A stretch of 63,069 nucleotides of DNA, counting the filler, from Bigelowiella natans CCMP2755 (Eukaryota > Protista > Cercozoa): the NCBI GenBank assembly GCA_000320545.1. It is 7 parts of 7 records of this genome, joined end to end, with 100 filler letters (N's around TTAATTAATTAA, not from the genome) between each part and the next. Parts side by side here need not be neighbours in the genome. Positions count along the whole stretch, not along the records: positions 33,893 to 56,668 come from ADNK01001121.1; positions 56,769 to 59,716 come from ADNK01001979.1; positions 59,817 to 61,523 come from ADNK01001048.1; positions 61,624 to 63,069 come from ADNK01003707.1; 3 more parts are not named here. One strand, written 5' to 3'. The notes beneath the pieces are model-generated. The model worked only from the letters and a program-made list of their open reading frames with translations, did not search any database and was not told where the DNA came from. Shown in pieces: positions 52,529-63,069 of the stretch. Numbering within the stretch: the stretch's first letter is position 1; each line of letters starts with the position of its first letter. The position numbers and the translations under genes are program-made.

Positions 52529-52767
52529 ATGAACAGGCAGCAGGGCAGCTTTCTCATGCTATGCCTAGATCGAACGCCTTTGTGTTCTCATCACGCTTGA
52601 GGGTCGCCAGTCGCGCACTTCGCGCACAGCGATCGACTGCCTTGAATGCTAGAATGGGCGTCGTCCGCAACATGAAGTATGCAGCAGCAACAAAGTGCAA
52701 ATGACGCATCAAATCACAGTCTAGCAGTCTGAGAACAACCTGGATAATCAAAACTGCAAAATTTCTG

Positions 52768-53228
52768 CTACTTCCAAGCTTTGCTTTCATCCATTATGCC
52801 GACTGATGCTCCTCCTCCTGTCGCGGCCGTCGGTGTGCCTACTACGTCCGCCGCTGCTCCATCTACTGTCCGATGCATGGGCGACTTATCTGGCATTTGA
52901 AAATCGTTGTCGTCTGGCACAAACACTTCCACACCAGAGAAAGTTTGTGGCTCCAACCCCCTCTGTAATGTATATTGACCTCATCATAAGATTATCATCA
53001 ACTTAAGCAGTTATGAAATTCCAAGCAAAGTGTTTTGCCTATCGACAACACTTTTTACTAACAGCTATCGCAGAGAACATAGATACTTTCTTGGTGATTT
53101 CGAAATTCATGTTCTGAGATACATACAGACACACAATTTCGCACGCAATTATATTAACACTAACCGTGTTTCCAGGAGAGAAATCAGTTGGATTCGCATC
53201 GATGCCGCTCCTATTTTTTTGATGGAGC

Positions 53229-53301
<73 letters not shown>

Positions 53302-53321
53302 CATATATATATATATATAAG

Positions 53322-53352
<31 letters not shown>

Positions 53353-53867
53353 ACAACTGCCATGACGATCTTACCTCCCGCATAATCAACAACAATTTTC
53401 ATCTTCTCACGACCTTCGGCTCCTATCAAGCTGCCATAACGAAAGCCTTGAGTCTAAAGTCACGGTATGAAGACGCACAAAAATACACATGTTAAATGTA
53501 AATACATATGCAATTAAAATTTTGAAAACATGTAGACGTTGTAGTACTCACATGAATGAGAAAGATATAGATTGTTTGGAAGCTTCGTGCACACATAGGC
53601 ACACATAGATATCCGAGGTACGACATTTGATCGCCCAGGAAGACAGTTTATAAACAACATGCAGGAGAAACACTACCAGTGCTGCTTTGTTGTCCCTCCT
53701 CTATGCTCCTCTCTTCATCTATTATAGATTAGAGAATGGATATAAAAAAAGCAGAAATATTAAGAATTGGTTCCAGTGCAGGAATTATATAAAAAATAGC
53801 AGGTGCACCAACAGTACACACACACACACACACTCACATACACATACACATACACACCAGAGAGAGA

Positions 53868-53905
<38 letters not shown>

Positions 53906-55123
53906 AAAGATGAGTGAAAACTGACCGTTTTGCGGTGATGGTGATGATTCTCGCCTCGGGTCAAATGAAGTGAAGGTGGCGGCCTTTCCCCCGTCATTTT
54001 TCCGTCGGTGCTTGTTATCTGATTGCCGCCGACGTGATTTCTCAGGGCTTCTTAGCTTGAGTTGCAGCCCTGAGATAGGAGGAACCCGCGGGACGGCCTG
54101 TTTCATTTCGACGAAGTAGTATGATGAGAACGACGAGGACAATAACGATTTCGATGTAACAAATTCGTTGGCGCTATATCTGTTGCTGTTGTGTGGAAAA
54201 TTTTGCAGCTGATCCCCCCCTCCTGATAAACGGACCCGACGGCGTAATCGAAGAATTATAATACCTTCGTTGAAGCGCCGAGGGGTGCCTCCTCAGAGCG
54301 TGTAGTAGACCTAAAGCTGGTGGAGAAGGGAACGCGAATGGGGGAGGAGAGTCGATCATTTATTGAGAATGCAATGAACAATACTACAGACGATAAGAAA
54401 CCCCTCTTTCTTCGTAATTGCATTTTAACAGGATTATTCAATCAAAATTCCCTAAATTATGTTGGCATGATGCCCTCGTCGTTGTTTGTGTTATCGTCCA
54501 TTACGGCTTGGATTGAGGTTAGTTGTCGTCGAAGTATTAGCAGTACCTGCGATCTCTCTCCAACTCAGAGACAACATTCTTTGCCGCCGCTTGAGCAGCT
54601 CGAGCCTATTCAAAGGAAGAAGGGATGAAGGAAGGTGGGAATGAATGGGGAGGGGCGGCGAATGGACATGGCCGATAATGGGACGTGCATGCGCGTATAT
54701 GCGCGCGCGCGTATCAACCTTCCTCAAGGTGTCCTGGATGTCCTGAAGTCCCTTGTCGTATTCAGACATAGAGCTACTACTCATTGCACTCTGCGAATCA
54801 TGACAGCGACAACAAACAGCGACGGTGAAGATGCGTAACAACGATGTACATCAGTCGCGATCGATCGTCAGGAGGCAGAGAAGATGGTGGGAAGAAGAAT
54901 AAACAACCTGAGAAAAGATGTTTGGCTGCTGGTTCTGCTGCTGCTGCTGCTGCTGCTGCTTTTGCTGTGAATCCTCATGTTGTTCTTCGGGTTTAGCAAA
55001 TATCTCCATCTGCTTCACCACGGCAGCTGCAGAAGCGGCAGCTATCTCGGCTGCAGCAGCAGAGATCTTTCTCGCCATAGGACTTCCAGCACTTTGAACC
55101 GTTCGTCGCCCTACGTCGCATCC

Positions 55124-55162
<39 letters not shown>

Positions 55163-55616
55163 CTAATATTTAACTCTACGCGCTTCTTCTCTCTCTTGAG
55201 TGACTGAATGTTTGTGATATGTGTGCGGCAGAAGACTGGTATAATCACGCGAGATCATCATCAGTATCCTCGTCATTACAATTATATTGTTGCTATTGCT
55301 ATTGTTGTTGTTGTTGTTGTTGTTGTTATTGTTGTGGTTAGCCAGTCTTTCTCGCGTGACCAACATGTCATTATTCAATTTTCCTACCGAGAGATTGGTG
55401 GTGCTGTTGTTGTGGCTGTTGCTGATGCTGTTGAGTCAACGACATTGTCCCTGAGGGTTGTTGTTCCGACACCGCCTGCTTCTGCTTTTGCTGCTCCTGC
55501 TTTGGTAGAGAGTCTCGATCTATTGAAGAGAGAATGAAAAAATAGAAGATGAAATCGTGACTTTATATACTCCATCGTCGAATGTTACATAACACACACA
55601 CACACACATATTATAA

Positions 55617-55661
<45 letters not shown>

Positions 55662-55884
55662 GTGTGTGTAATATCAATATGCGAACTACATTGCTGCAGC
55701 TCTGAGGCGCTTTGGTCCAACTTTGTTTCCAGCCCAGCGATAGTGCGTTTCAGGCTTTGGATGTTGCGCTTGTATCTAAACAGAATTACACCGCACACCA
55801 CCAACCAATAGTAACGGAAAAGAATACGTGCTATGTTCATCCCAAAAAGGAGAAATACACCACAGGAAGCGACCATTGTCCATG

Positions 55885-55915
<31 letters not shown>

Positions 55916-56261
55916 ACATCAACATCAAATAAATCAGTTTCGAATGTTCATCGTACGGCTCGATAGCATCGATCATTGCCAGCTCCAGGTTTAACTTGCT
56001 TTCCTGTAAAGACAGACGGTTTCGCAGCAACGCATGCGTCAGGAGGAGGAGGGGGAGGGGGAGGGGGAGGAGGAGAAGGAGGAGGAGGAGATCGTGATAT
56101 CCTCCCACAATTCCAACTTGGAAGAGGTGCTACAAAGGAAGGAAAAACCACCAAGAATACTGCCCTACGATACGCTTTCCATAGCGACCGAGCTTAGTAA
56201 TATTATCCACAGATTTGGAGTATTCTGTCGTCATCGTACTCATCGTCGTCATCATAATCAT

Positions 56262-56296
<35 letters not shown>

Positions 56297-56490
56297 ATCA
56301 TCGTTTTCGCTTCTTGATCTGCACCGTTACCGTCTCTATTTCCTTCATCTCCAGCTTCGCTTTCCTGTCCAAACGCGGTTGTGAACGTCAGGGTGGCAAA
56401 AACAAGGAGGATCTTCATCGAAACGGGAGAAAAAGCCTATGTGCGTTTGGAGTGCTTTCCTCACCTCAAATTCGTCTCCAGAACCTTACC
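52768..56490 (-). CDS. Hypothetical coiled-coil/low-complexity protein, C-terminal exons
   Basis: AG..GT-bounded exons such as YKRNIQSLKRTIAGLETKLDQSASELQQC, EYDKGLQDIQDTLRK, RLELLKRRQRMLSL and TQGFRYGSLIGAEGREK. The last exon ends DESKAWK*. No family recognised. Confidence 0.55.
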
Positions 56491-56668
56491 TTTCTCATCA
56501 GCTGCAATATGCGATGACACACATAGAAACACACATACACACACATAAACCAAGCGTAAATAAAGAGAGGAGACAGTCCCACTATTGTCTTCCCTGTGAA
56601 TATTAAAATTTGTATGACTGCACAATAGAACTTAGATGCAACCTCTTTGATTCTCAGCTTCTTTCTCT

Positions 56669-56768
56669 NNNNNNNNNNNNNNNNNNNNNNNNNNNNNNNN
56701 NNNNNNNNNNNNTTAATTAATTAANNNNNNNNNNNNNNNNNNNNNNNNNNNNNNNNNNNNNNNNNNNN
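56669..56768. other. Artificial contig linker
   Basis: N44-TTAATTAATTAA-N44. Confidence 0.99.
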
Positions 56769-56997
56769 GGGCTTACAGAGAATATGGTGATGGTGACGAC
56801 GATAATGATACAGAAATAAAATGAAGAAGAAGAAGAAGAAGAAGAGGAGGAGGAGGAGGAGGAGCATTTACAAAGGCTAGCATTGAGCAACGTGAAAGTG
56901 GGAGGGAAGGAGGGAGGGAGGGAGGGGAGGGGGAACGAAGCAAGAGTGAAACAAAGCAAAGCAAAAGGGGGAAAACCAATTATTGAGCGAAGACCGT

Positions 56998-57288
56998 AAC
57001 TACTCCACTCGCTCTGCTCCGTTGTGCTGCTGCTGCTGCTGCTGGCCTCTCGTCCCTGCAGCTCAGGCAGAGTGCTCTTGGACCATTCTTCTAAGATCTT
57101 CAGTCCCGCCACCTTCACCGAGGGCTTTTGCTCGCGCCGCAGCGCCGCCTGGAGAGTGCGCGCGAGCAGCGACTCCTCTCCGTGGCGTCCCACTCGGCGC
57201 CATTCCTTTGATTCACATTCAGCGGTTGATAAATCAACACCCGTTCGAATTCATACGCGCACACGCGCGTGCGTGTTTGCGAGCGAGC

Positions 57289-57325
<37 letters not shown>

Positions 57326-57402
57326 TGTGTACTTACTACCTCGGTCAGGGCCTCGCGGTAGCCACGCGCAATACGTAAGATTACTAAAAGCACCTCCTGC
57401 AA

Positions 57403-57435
<33 letters not shown>

Positions 57436-58475
57436 ACTTTTCAAGGTTTTCCCGTCGCCGCCAGGCTCTCTGCCCCTTCCCCCCCAAGCCAAACGCGAGA
57501 GCATACAGCCCATAAACGAGCGGCGAGCATCGTCGGTCTCTTGAAGGGGGGGGCGGCGTAGCACGGCAATCTGGAGGAGAGCTCCCTCAGGCGAATCAGA
57601 GGACGCGGGGAGCAGTGGCAAGAGAACGGTTGGCCACTGATGACGACGGCGAAGACGACGATGATGATGATACAGAGAAGGAGGCAAAGGTGAGGAGCTT
57701 TGCCAGGCGCGGACAGCGTTGATGTTGATTCCTCCCACCTGCGGCCTCAAATGTCGCTGCTAGGGTGCCGAACAGCTGCTTCTTTAATGCCGTTGTGCTG
57801 CTGCTGCTGCTGCTCCCGGTTGATTGGTACAATTTCGAGCGTTTGTTCTTATGGTAGCTCTTCCGTTGCGGCGGTCCCGCCGTAGTCGTCGCTCCCTCCC
57901 CCCCCTCCTCTTCCCTTTTCTCGTTTGGCTCAACGCACACCCCTTTCTCCAATACGCGGTAAAGCGCGACAACGAGGAGGGGGAGGAGACCCGGGGGGGC
58001 GGGTGGGGCGGGGTCAGGTTCGTCATGATCCTTCCCGTCCTTCTCCTTGGCGTCGTTGATGTCGTTCTCCCCCCCCCCCCTCCTCCCTCTCGGCGTTTTG
58101 TTCTTCTTCTTCTTGGATCTCCAGGCTGGAAGGAGAATTCGGCTGTAAGGTGTGCGCTGAGCGACTGAGCAAGCAAGGCGAAGGAGCGATGGCAGCACGG
58201 TAGTGGATGGTGATGATGATGATGATGGTGGTGGTGATGATGATGATGATGATGAGGTTAATGGCGATGAAGAGGAGGAAGAGGAGGAGGAGGAGGAGGA
58301 GGAGAAGCATGATAACGACTCTGCCAGCAAGGACACAACGATACCTGTCCAGGACGAAATGGAAACCGTGAGAGGGGGAGGGGGGGGGGGGGGGATGATG
58401 TCAAACTGCGTGTGTATGTTTGATTACTTCCAATGATAGTTTCCTTGCATTGACTGCTATGTTGTTATGGTCTAA

Positions 58476-58506
<31 letters not shown>

Positions 58507-59406
58507 GCGCACAAACATCACCAAGATGGGCTGCCGCTAGGGCCCCGGATATTTTCGCGCCAAGGGAGAGGCCGCTCCTCCCCGGCGATAGAGACGACGG
58601 GATCATGACCATGGAGGAGGGGGAGTGAGGACCGCCGCCGCCCCCACCTCCGCTTCTCGCGCTCCCGTCATCACCGCGCTGCCCCGCCCCTTCTTCGGCG
58701 AACAGCTTCGCAAGAACCTCGGCGGCTAATGCCGGAGCCGATTCCTTAAAATGCGAGTCCCCACTGGGCGTCGTTTTGCCTCTGCTGCCGTTGGCGCAAA
58801 CATCGTTGGCGCCGCCCATTCCCCAGAGAGCGGCACTGAGAGCGATCTTGCGGGGAAGCTGGCACGGCATTTATGTAATAAACCCATGAGAAAGAGAGAA
58901 GGGAAGGGGGGGATGGGGGGGAGGGGAGTGAGGAGGAAGGGGAGGGAGAGATATTTGAAACACTACTCGTTTGCTACCATGTTTGTGAGGGAGCCATTCC
59001 ATGAGGCCACAGGCGACGACCTCCAGATACACTCCAAGCACTACAAGTAGCAGCAAAGAGCAACGTTAGGTCGGATCATCGATCGCTTCATCGCCCATGA
59101 TTCCGTTCGCATCCTCCCCCCTCCCCCCCCCCCCCCCTTCACTGCATCGCATAGTAGTTCCATGTTATATGACGTTCATCCAGAATCAGCGAAAAATGAC
59201 ATATCTTGCCTCGGCAGCGGTAGCTCTGACACGAGCATTGGAGTCGAGAAGGAGGGGGCGGAAGAGAGAAAAGCTTCTGTTGCTGCCCCAGCTTTGCTCG
59301 CCATCGGCGGGAACATCAATGCCAGCCCCCCCCCGCCGCACAGGGCCCATTTTGATGGGGGCACCATGCAGAATGCTCGTCGCGGAACAGGGCATGAGCG
59401 CCTCCC
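56998..59406 (-). CDS. Internal exons of a HEAT/ARM-repeat protein, possibly HEATR5/Laa1-like
   Basis: FRPLLLDSNARVRATAAEA, RKIALSAALWGMGG, EVLLVILRIARG and LARTLQAALRREQKPSVKVAGLKILEEW are HEAT-like amphipathic helices. Confidence 0.5.
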
Positions 59407-59716
59407 TGTAGATAGTATTTAGATGTCATGTTATTTGGATGGGGGGGAGGGGGGGGACGGGGTGTGTTGAAAAAGGGGGTCGGCCTGAAAGGTTGGACCA
59501 CGCGTCTTGGTTTCAAAGAATTTTTTGGGCGGGGCGATGGTTGGTGTTGATTTTGAATGCTGGTCAATACTGAAGAAATCTTCGGGTAGTTTCTCCGAAG
59601 GACGGAAAAAATTTTGGGGGTGGGGCTAGGGGGGCGGGGGCGGGGAGGAAAAGGGAATTCGTGTAACCGCCGTACCGACCCATAACACCGTCAAGAACAT
59701 TTCAGAGATTTCTCTA

Positions 59717-59816
59717 NNNNNNNNNNNNNNNNNNNNNNNNNNNNNNNNNNNNNNNNNNNNTTAATTAATTAANNNNNNNNNNNNNNNNNNNNNNNNNNNN
59801 NNNNNNNNNNNNNNNN
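59717..59816. other. Artificial contig linker
   Basis: N44-TTAATTAATTAA-N44. Confidence 0.99.
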
Positions 59817-59919
59817 GGTCCCCCCCCCCCCCCCCCCAGAAATTTCCGAAGTTCGCTGGTTGGGTCGCGTCTACGACGGCGTGATGTCGCTGCTCGGCAA
59901 ACCATCGACCCTTCCCCAT

Positions 59920-59951
<32 letters not shown>

Positions 59952-60148
59952 TGACACATGAATTTTCCCCATGAAACGGCGAAGAACAGCCGAAGACGAC
60001 AACAATCACCATCCACATCAACCGCGGCCAGAGGTTGGAAAAGGAAGGGGGGGAGGACGAGGAGCGCGGTGCTCGAGTCTGAAATTGCGCGCACGTTTGT
60101 TTGTGTGCGTGCATGCGTGTGTGCGTGTGTGTTTGTGTCTGTGTGTAG

Positions 60149-61232
60149 GTAAACACAAGCTCATTCGATTCACCCCTGGAGAAGGACGGCAGGATAGGAA
60201 GGACGCTGCCCTTTGGGGGTCGGTGCTCGAGAAGGCGTGGGAGCTGATGGGGTCGTTGGCGATGATGGACTCCGACTGGCTCTCCGGTCGCCTCGGGCGA
60301 CTTTCAAAGCTCTGGGAACACTGGCTCACAGCCGATGGGGGGGGGGTGAGTGAGAAAAAGAAGGAGGAGGGGGAGGGGGAGAGAAAGAAACGAGAATGAA
60401 AAAATAGTAGTAGTAGCGATGGCAGTGGTGGTTATGGTGGCGGGAAGGCCGCAACAACAACATGACGAACAATACACTACCACGGTCTCCAAATCGTCTT
60501 AACACACCCCCACCCGCCAGTAACCCCATCCTATCAACCAACAGCGATTCTTGCCCACATGCCTCAACCCTTTCCCCCCTCCCCCCATCACCTTTGCCAC
60601 CGCCTCAGGTTCTCGCTGGTCTTCAGCGCAAAAGCCGTGGGGGCTCTGGCAATCAGTCCCCCCCCGCCGCAACGAGCCTGGACGAGGCGCGCGGCTGCAG
60701 AGCGGCCTCCACCGTCGCAGCAGCATGGCATGCACTCCGGGCCCTTTACATCACCCACCCCCACCTCAGAGGCCGTGTGGCCGTTCGGGCGGCTGTCGGC
60801 GGGGCGTCGGCGTTGAGGGGGGCCTCGTCAATGGGGTAGGAGCAGCATATAGCAGCAGCAGCAGTAGTAGTAGTAGTAGTTAATAGTAGCAGCGAAGTAA
60901 TGTACGATTAGATAGGGAGGAGGGGGGGAGGGGGGCGACGGGTAGGACGGCTCCGTCACGATTGTATTGATTGCACACATCCATATGCACTGATTTACAC
61001 AACAAAGCCGTAACACTTCTGCCCCATTCATCCCCCCCCCCCTTATTCGCGCTCATGTAGGTCAATAAACGTCGCAAATCGCTTGGATACCGCCAAGGCA
61101 GCCGCATTCGATGTGCTATCGCTGCTGCCCCCCGCGGCCTTTCAGTCACAGTTTCGCCCCCTCTTGTACATGACCGTGGCTCAATTCACGACGCGGAGCT
61201 CACGGACAGCAAGATTCGTTGCGAGATTGGGT
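60149..61232 (+). CDS. Internal exons of a helical-repeat protein, possibly HEATR5-like
   Basis: LEKAWELMGSLAMMDSDWLSGRLGRLSKLWEHWL and STVAAAWHALRALYITHPHL. Resemblance to HEATR5 is from memory only. Confidence 0.45.
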
Positions 61233-61245
61233 GGGAAATGCCAGA

Positions 61246-61282
<37 letters not shown>

Positions 61283-61523
61283 CCTACTCTTTTGTTACAG
61301 CATGCATAACGTTCTCTCTCTCTCTCTCTCCCTCCCTCTCTCTCCCACCTCTCCTTACAAACACGCACGTCCGCACGCACATACACTAAATCTCTCTCAG
61401 TACTACTACGACTACTACCACCACTACTACCACAAAAACATTTCGGCGATTTCGGCGACGGGAACGGCGGAGGAGCTCCTTCTTCATCTCCATCTTCTTC
61501 TTTCTTTAAAGGACTCCTCTGTG

Positions 61524-61623
61524 NNNNNNNNNNNNNNNNNNNNNNNNNNNNNNNNNNNNNNNNNNNNTTAATTAATTAANNNNNNNNNNNNNNNNNNNNN
61601 NNNNNNNNNNNNNNNNNNNNNNN
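61524..61623. other. Artificial contig linker
   Basis: N44-TTAATTAATTAA-N44. Confidence 0.99.
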
Positions 61624-62000
61624 TGGTGCACATGAGGATCATCCAGAGTCCGGAGGACATCGCCTTTTATGGAGGCGGAACAGGTGTGCGTGTGTGTGCG
61701 TGAGCGTGTGTGGAGAGAATGAAGGAGTGAATGGCTCAGGCCTCATGATGATGCTGACGAAGTTTTTGCTCATGATGATGATGAGGAGGAGGAGATGGAA
61801 GATTTGGGGGGATGGAGGGGAGGAGGGCAATATGACGATGACGATCATGATGATGACGATGGTGATGATGACGATGGTGATGATGTCGATGATAATGTCG
61901 GGATGTGAAGGAGGTAAAGAAAATTCTTTCATTGGCTGCGGTTATTGTTGTTGTTGTTGATGATGATGATGATGATGACATATACATCACACTACCAAAG

Positions 62001-62091
62001 ACTGGAGAAGAGGATTTTGAATAAAAAGCTGACCAAGGTCTCCGACTACGCATCCAGGTCCTCACAAGCTGCACACCACCCTCTTTCAACG

Positions 62092-62133
<42 letters not shown>

Positions 62134-62173
62134 TGTGAGAACAGGAACTATATCAACATTGAGTACTCATAGA

Positions 62174-62222
<49 letters not shown>

Positions 62223-62433
62223 AGTCTTTGATGACTTTTCATCAATTACAGGTATTGTCGGGGCTGTAAGAAAGATGATGATATTTGTTTCCTCCCCCCC
62301 CCCCCCCCTCCCCGCGCCCCTTCCGCAGATATTTCTTCAAGCAATTTGCGATGGGGATCTTCGACCAGTGGGCATTCAAGTACTACCTACTGAAACGACA
62401 ACCCCACTCTCCTATTTAGTGTACAATATTTAT

Positions 62434-62469
<36 letters not shown>

Positions 62470-62899
62470 TATATATATTTCTCGTATTTTTTATTCCCAA
62501 CGTTGTTGTCGTGTCATCACCATAGTCATCGTCGTCATCACCATCAGCAGCATGGTCATCATCATCACTACCTACTCTTGACAACTTAGATACATGGCCT
62601 CTGCAATCGGAATTCCAATCATCGTCTTGCCCTTCATCTTCGATACCGAGCATGACGCTCCCACCATCGCCTCAAACTATTTCACGTGCAACAAAATCAT
62701 TCAGCAGGTGCTCTTCCGTATAGTAGGGGGGGGGGGGGGGGGGGGGAAAGGTTTGAAAAATCTCTCCCTCAAGCAAAACCACCTTTTTGGGACGATTAAA
62801 TTTTATTTCCAATTAATTGCTATATTGATTCATATTGACAACAATATCCGAGCGACAATTGCCCCCAATAAAAAACGGGTAACCCCCCTTCCCCTTTGA
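62001..62899 (+). CDS. Possible exons of an unidentified gene
   Basis: Short splice-bounded open stretches (RLEKRILNKKLTK; IFLQAICDGDLRPVGIQ; MASAIGIPIIVLPFIFDTEHDAPTIASNYFTCNKIIQQ). Frames are unresolved. Confidence 0.3.
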
Positions 62900-62964
62900 C
62901 ATCAATTCTTCTCCATGCATGCTTTGTTTGCCGCATTATTTACAAACAGATGCAACATAACCGG

Positions 62965-63034
62965 TAGCTGCTACTTTGCAGAGCTACAGCAGGATGACCA
63001 TTGAAAACATTTAATCACACCCTTACATCCGTCT
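62965..63034 (+). repeat. Dispersed ~70-bp element, copy 2
   Basis: Similar to 45044-45110, including identical AGGATGAC and TTACATCCGTCT blocks at the same spacing. Confidence 0.65.
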
Positions 63035-63069
63035 CACATACGCGACAAGGATGGTGCACTGTTGTCAAA

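Larger units (their letters stand above)
1..63069. repeat. Pervasive microsatellites and homopolymers: (TA)n, (CA)n, (GA)n, (CAT)n, (GGA)n, (TAG)n, poly-C/G, mostly intronic
   Basis: Visible throughout; they produce most of the spurious ORFs in the track. Confidence 0.98.

Noticed and set aside
49700-52550. Classical RIP or CpG decay as the sole explanation of the CA/TG excess
   Set aside because: CpG decay contributes but cannot remove TpA or turn Tyr into His/Cys; RIP would increase TpA.
383-62470. Similar lengths (~20-35 bp) of many dinucleotide tracts
   Set aside because: Plausibly repeat collapse during short-read assembly; cannot be treated as biological without reads.
1-63069. Hundreds of ORFs with poly-YI, poly-HT, poly-RE, poly-M or poly-S tracts
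   Set aside because: Translations of intronic microsatellites, not genes.

Overview
Fragmented eukaryotic assembly: seven contigs joined by artificial 100-nt linkers (44 N + TTAATTAATTAA + 44 N). It comes from an intron-rich protist-type genome whose GT-AG introns are packed with microsatellites; the taxon cannot be fixed from this sequence. Most ORF-track entries are microsatellite noise. Splicing exons by hand gives: the 3' half of an MFS sugar porter, a BACK-like plus SH3-like gene fragment, a complete ALDH3 head-to-head with a complete ABCG half-transporter carrying a degenerate signature (ISDGE), a PA-domain protein, a RhoGAP, an MTR4 RNA helicase head-to-head with a KRI1 gene containing two inserted Tudor domains, an AAG/MPG-fold DNA glycosylase-like gene, and several hypothetical or HEAT-repeat fragments. 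The most striking signal is compositional. The transposon-derived blocks (27705-28460 and about 49700-52550) have almost no TpA dinucleotides, while the rest of the window is TA-rich. Conserved Tyr codons in the LINE remnants are converted to His/Cys, and the effect fades at element edges. This suggests a repeat-targeted A>G/T>C hypermutation at TpA, RIP-like in role but chemically opposite. All gene models, motif matches and counts were made by eye, so boundaries are approximate.
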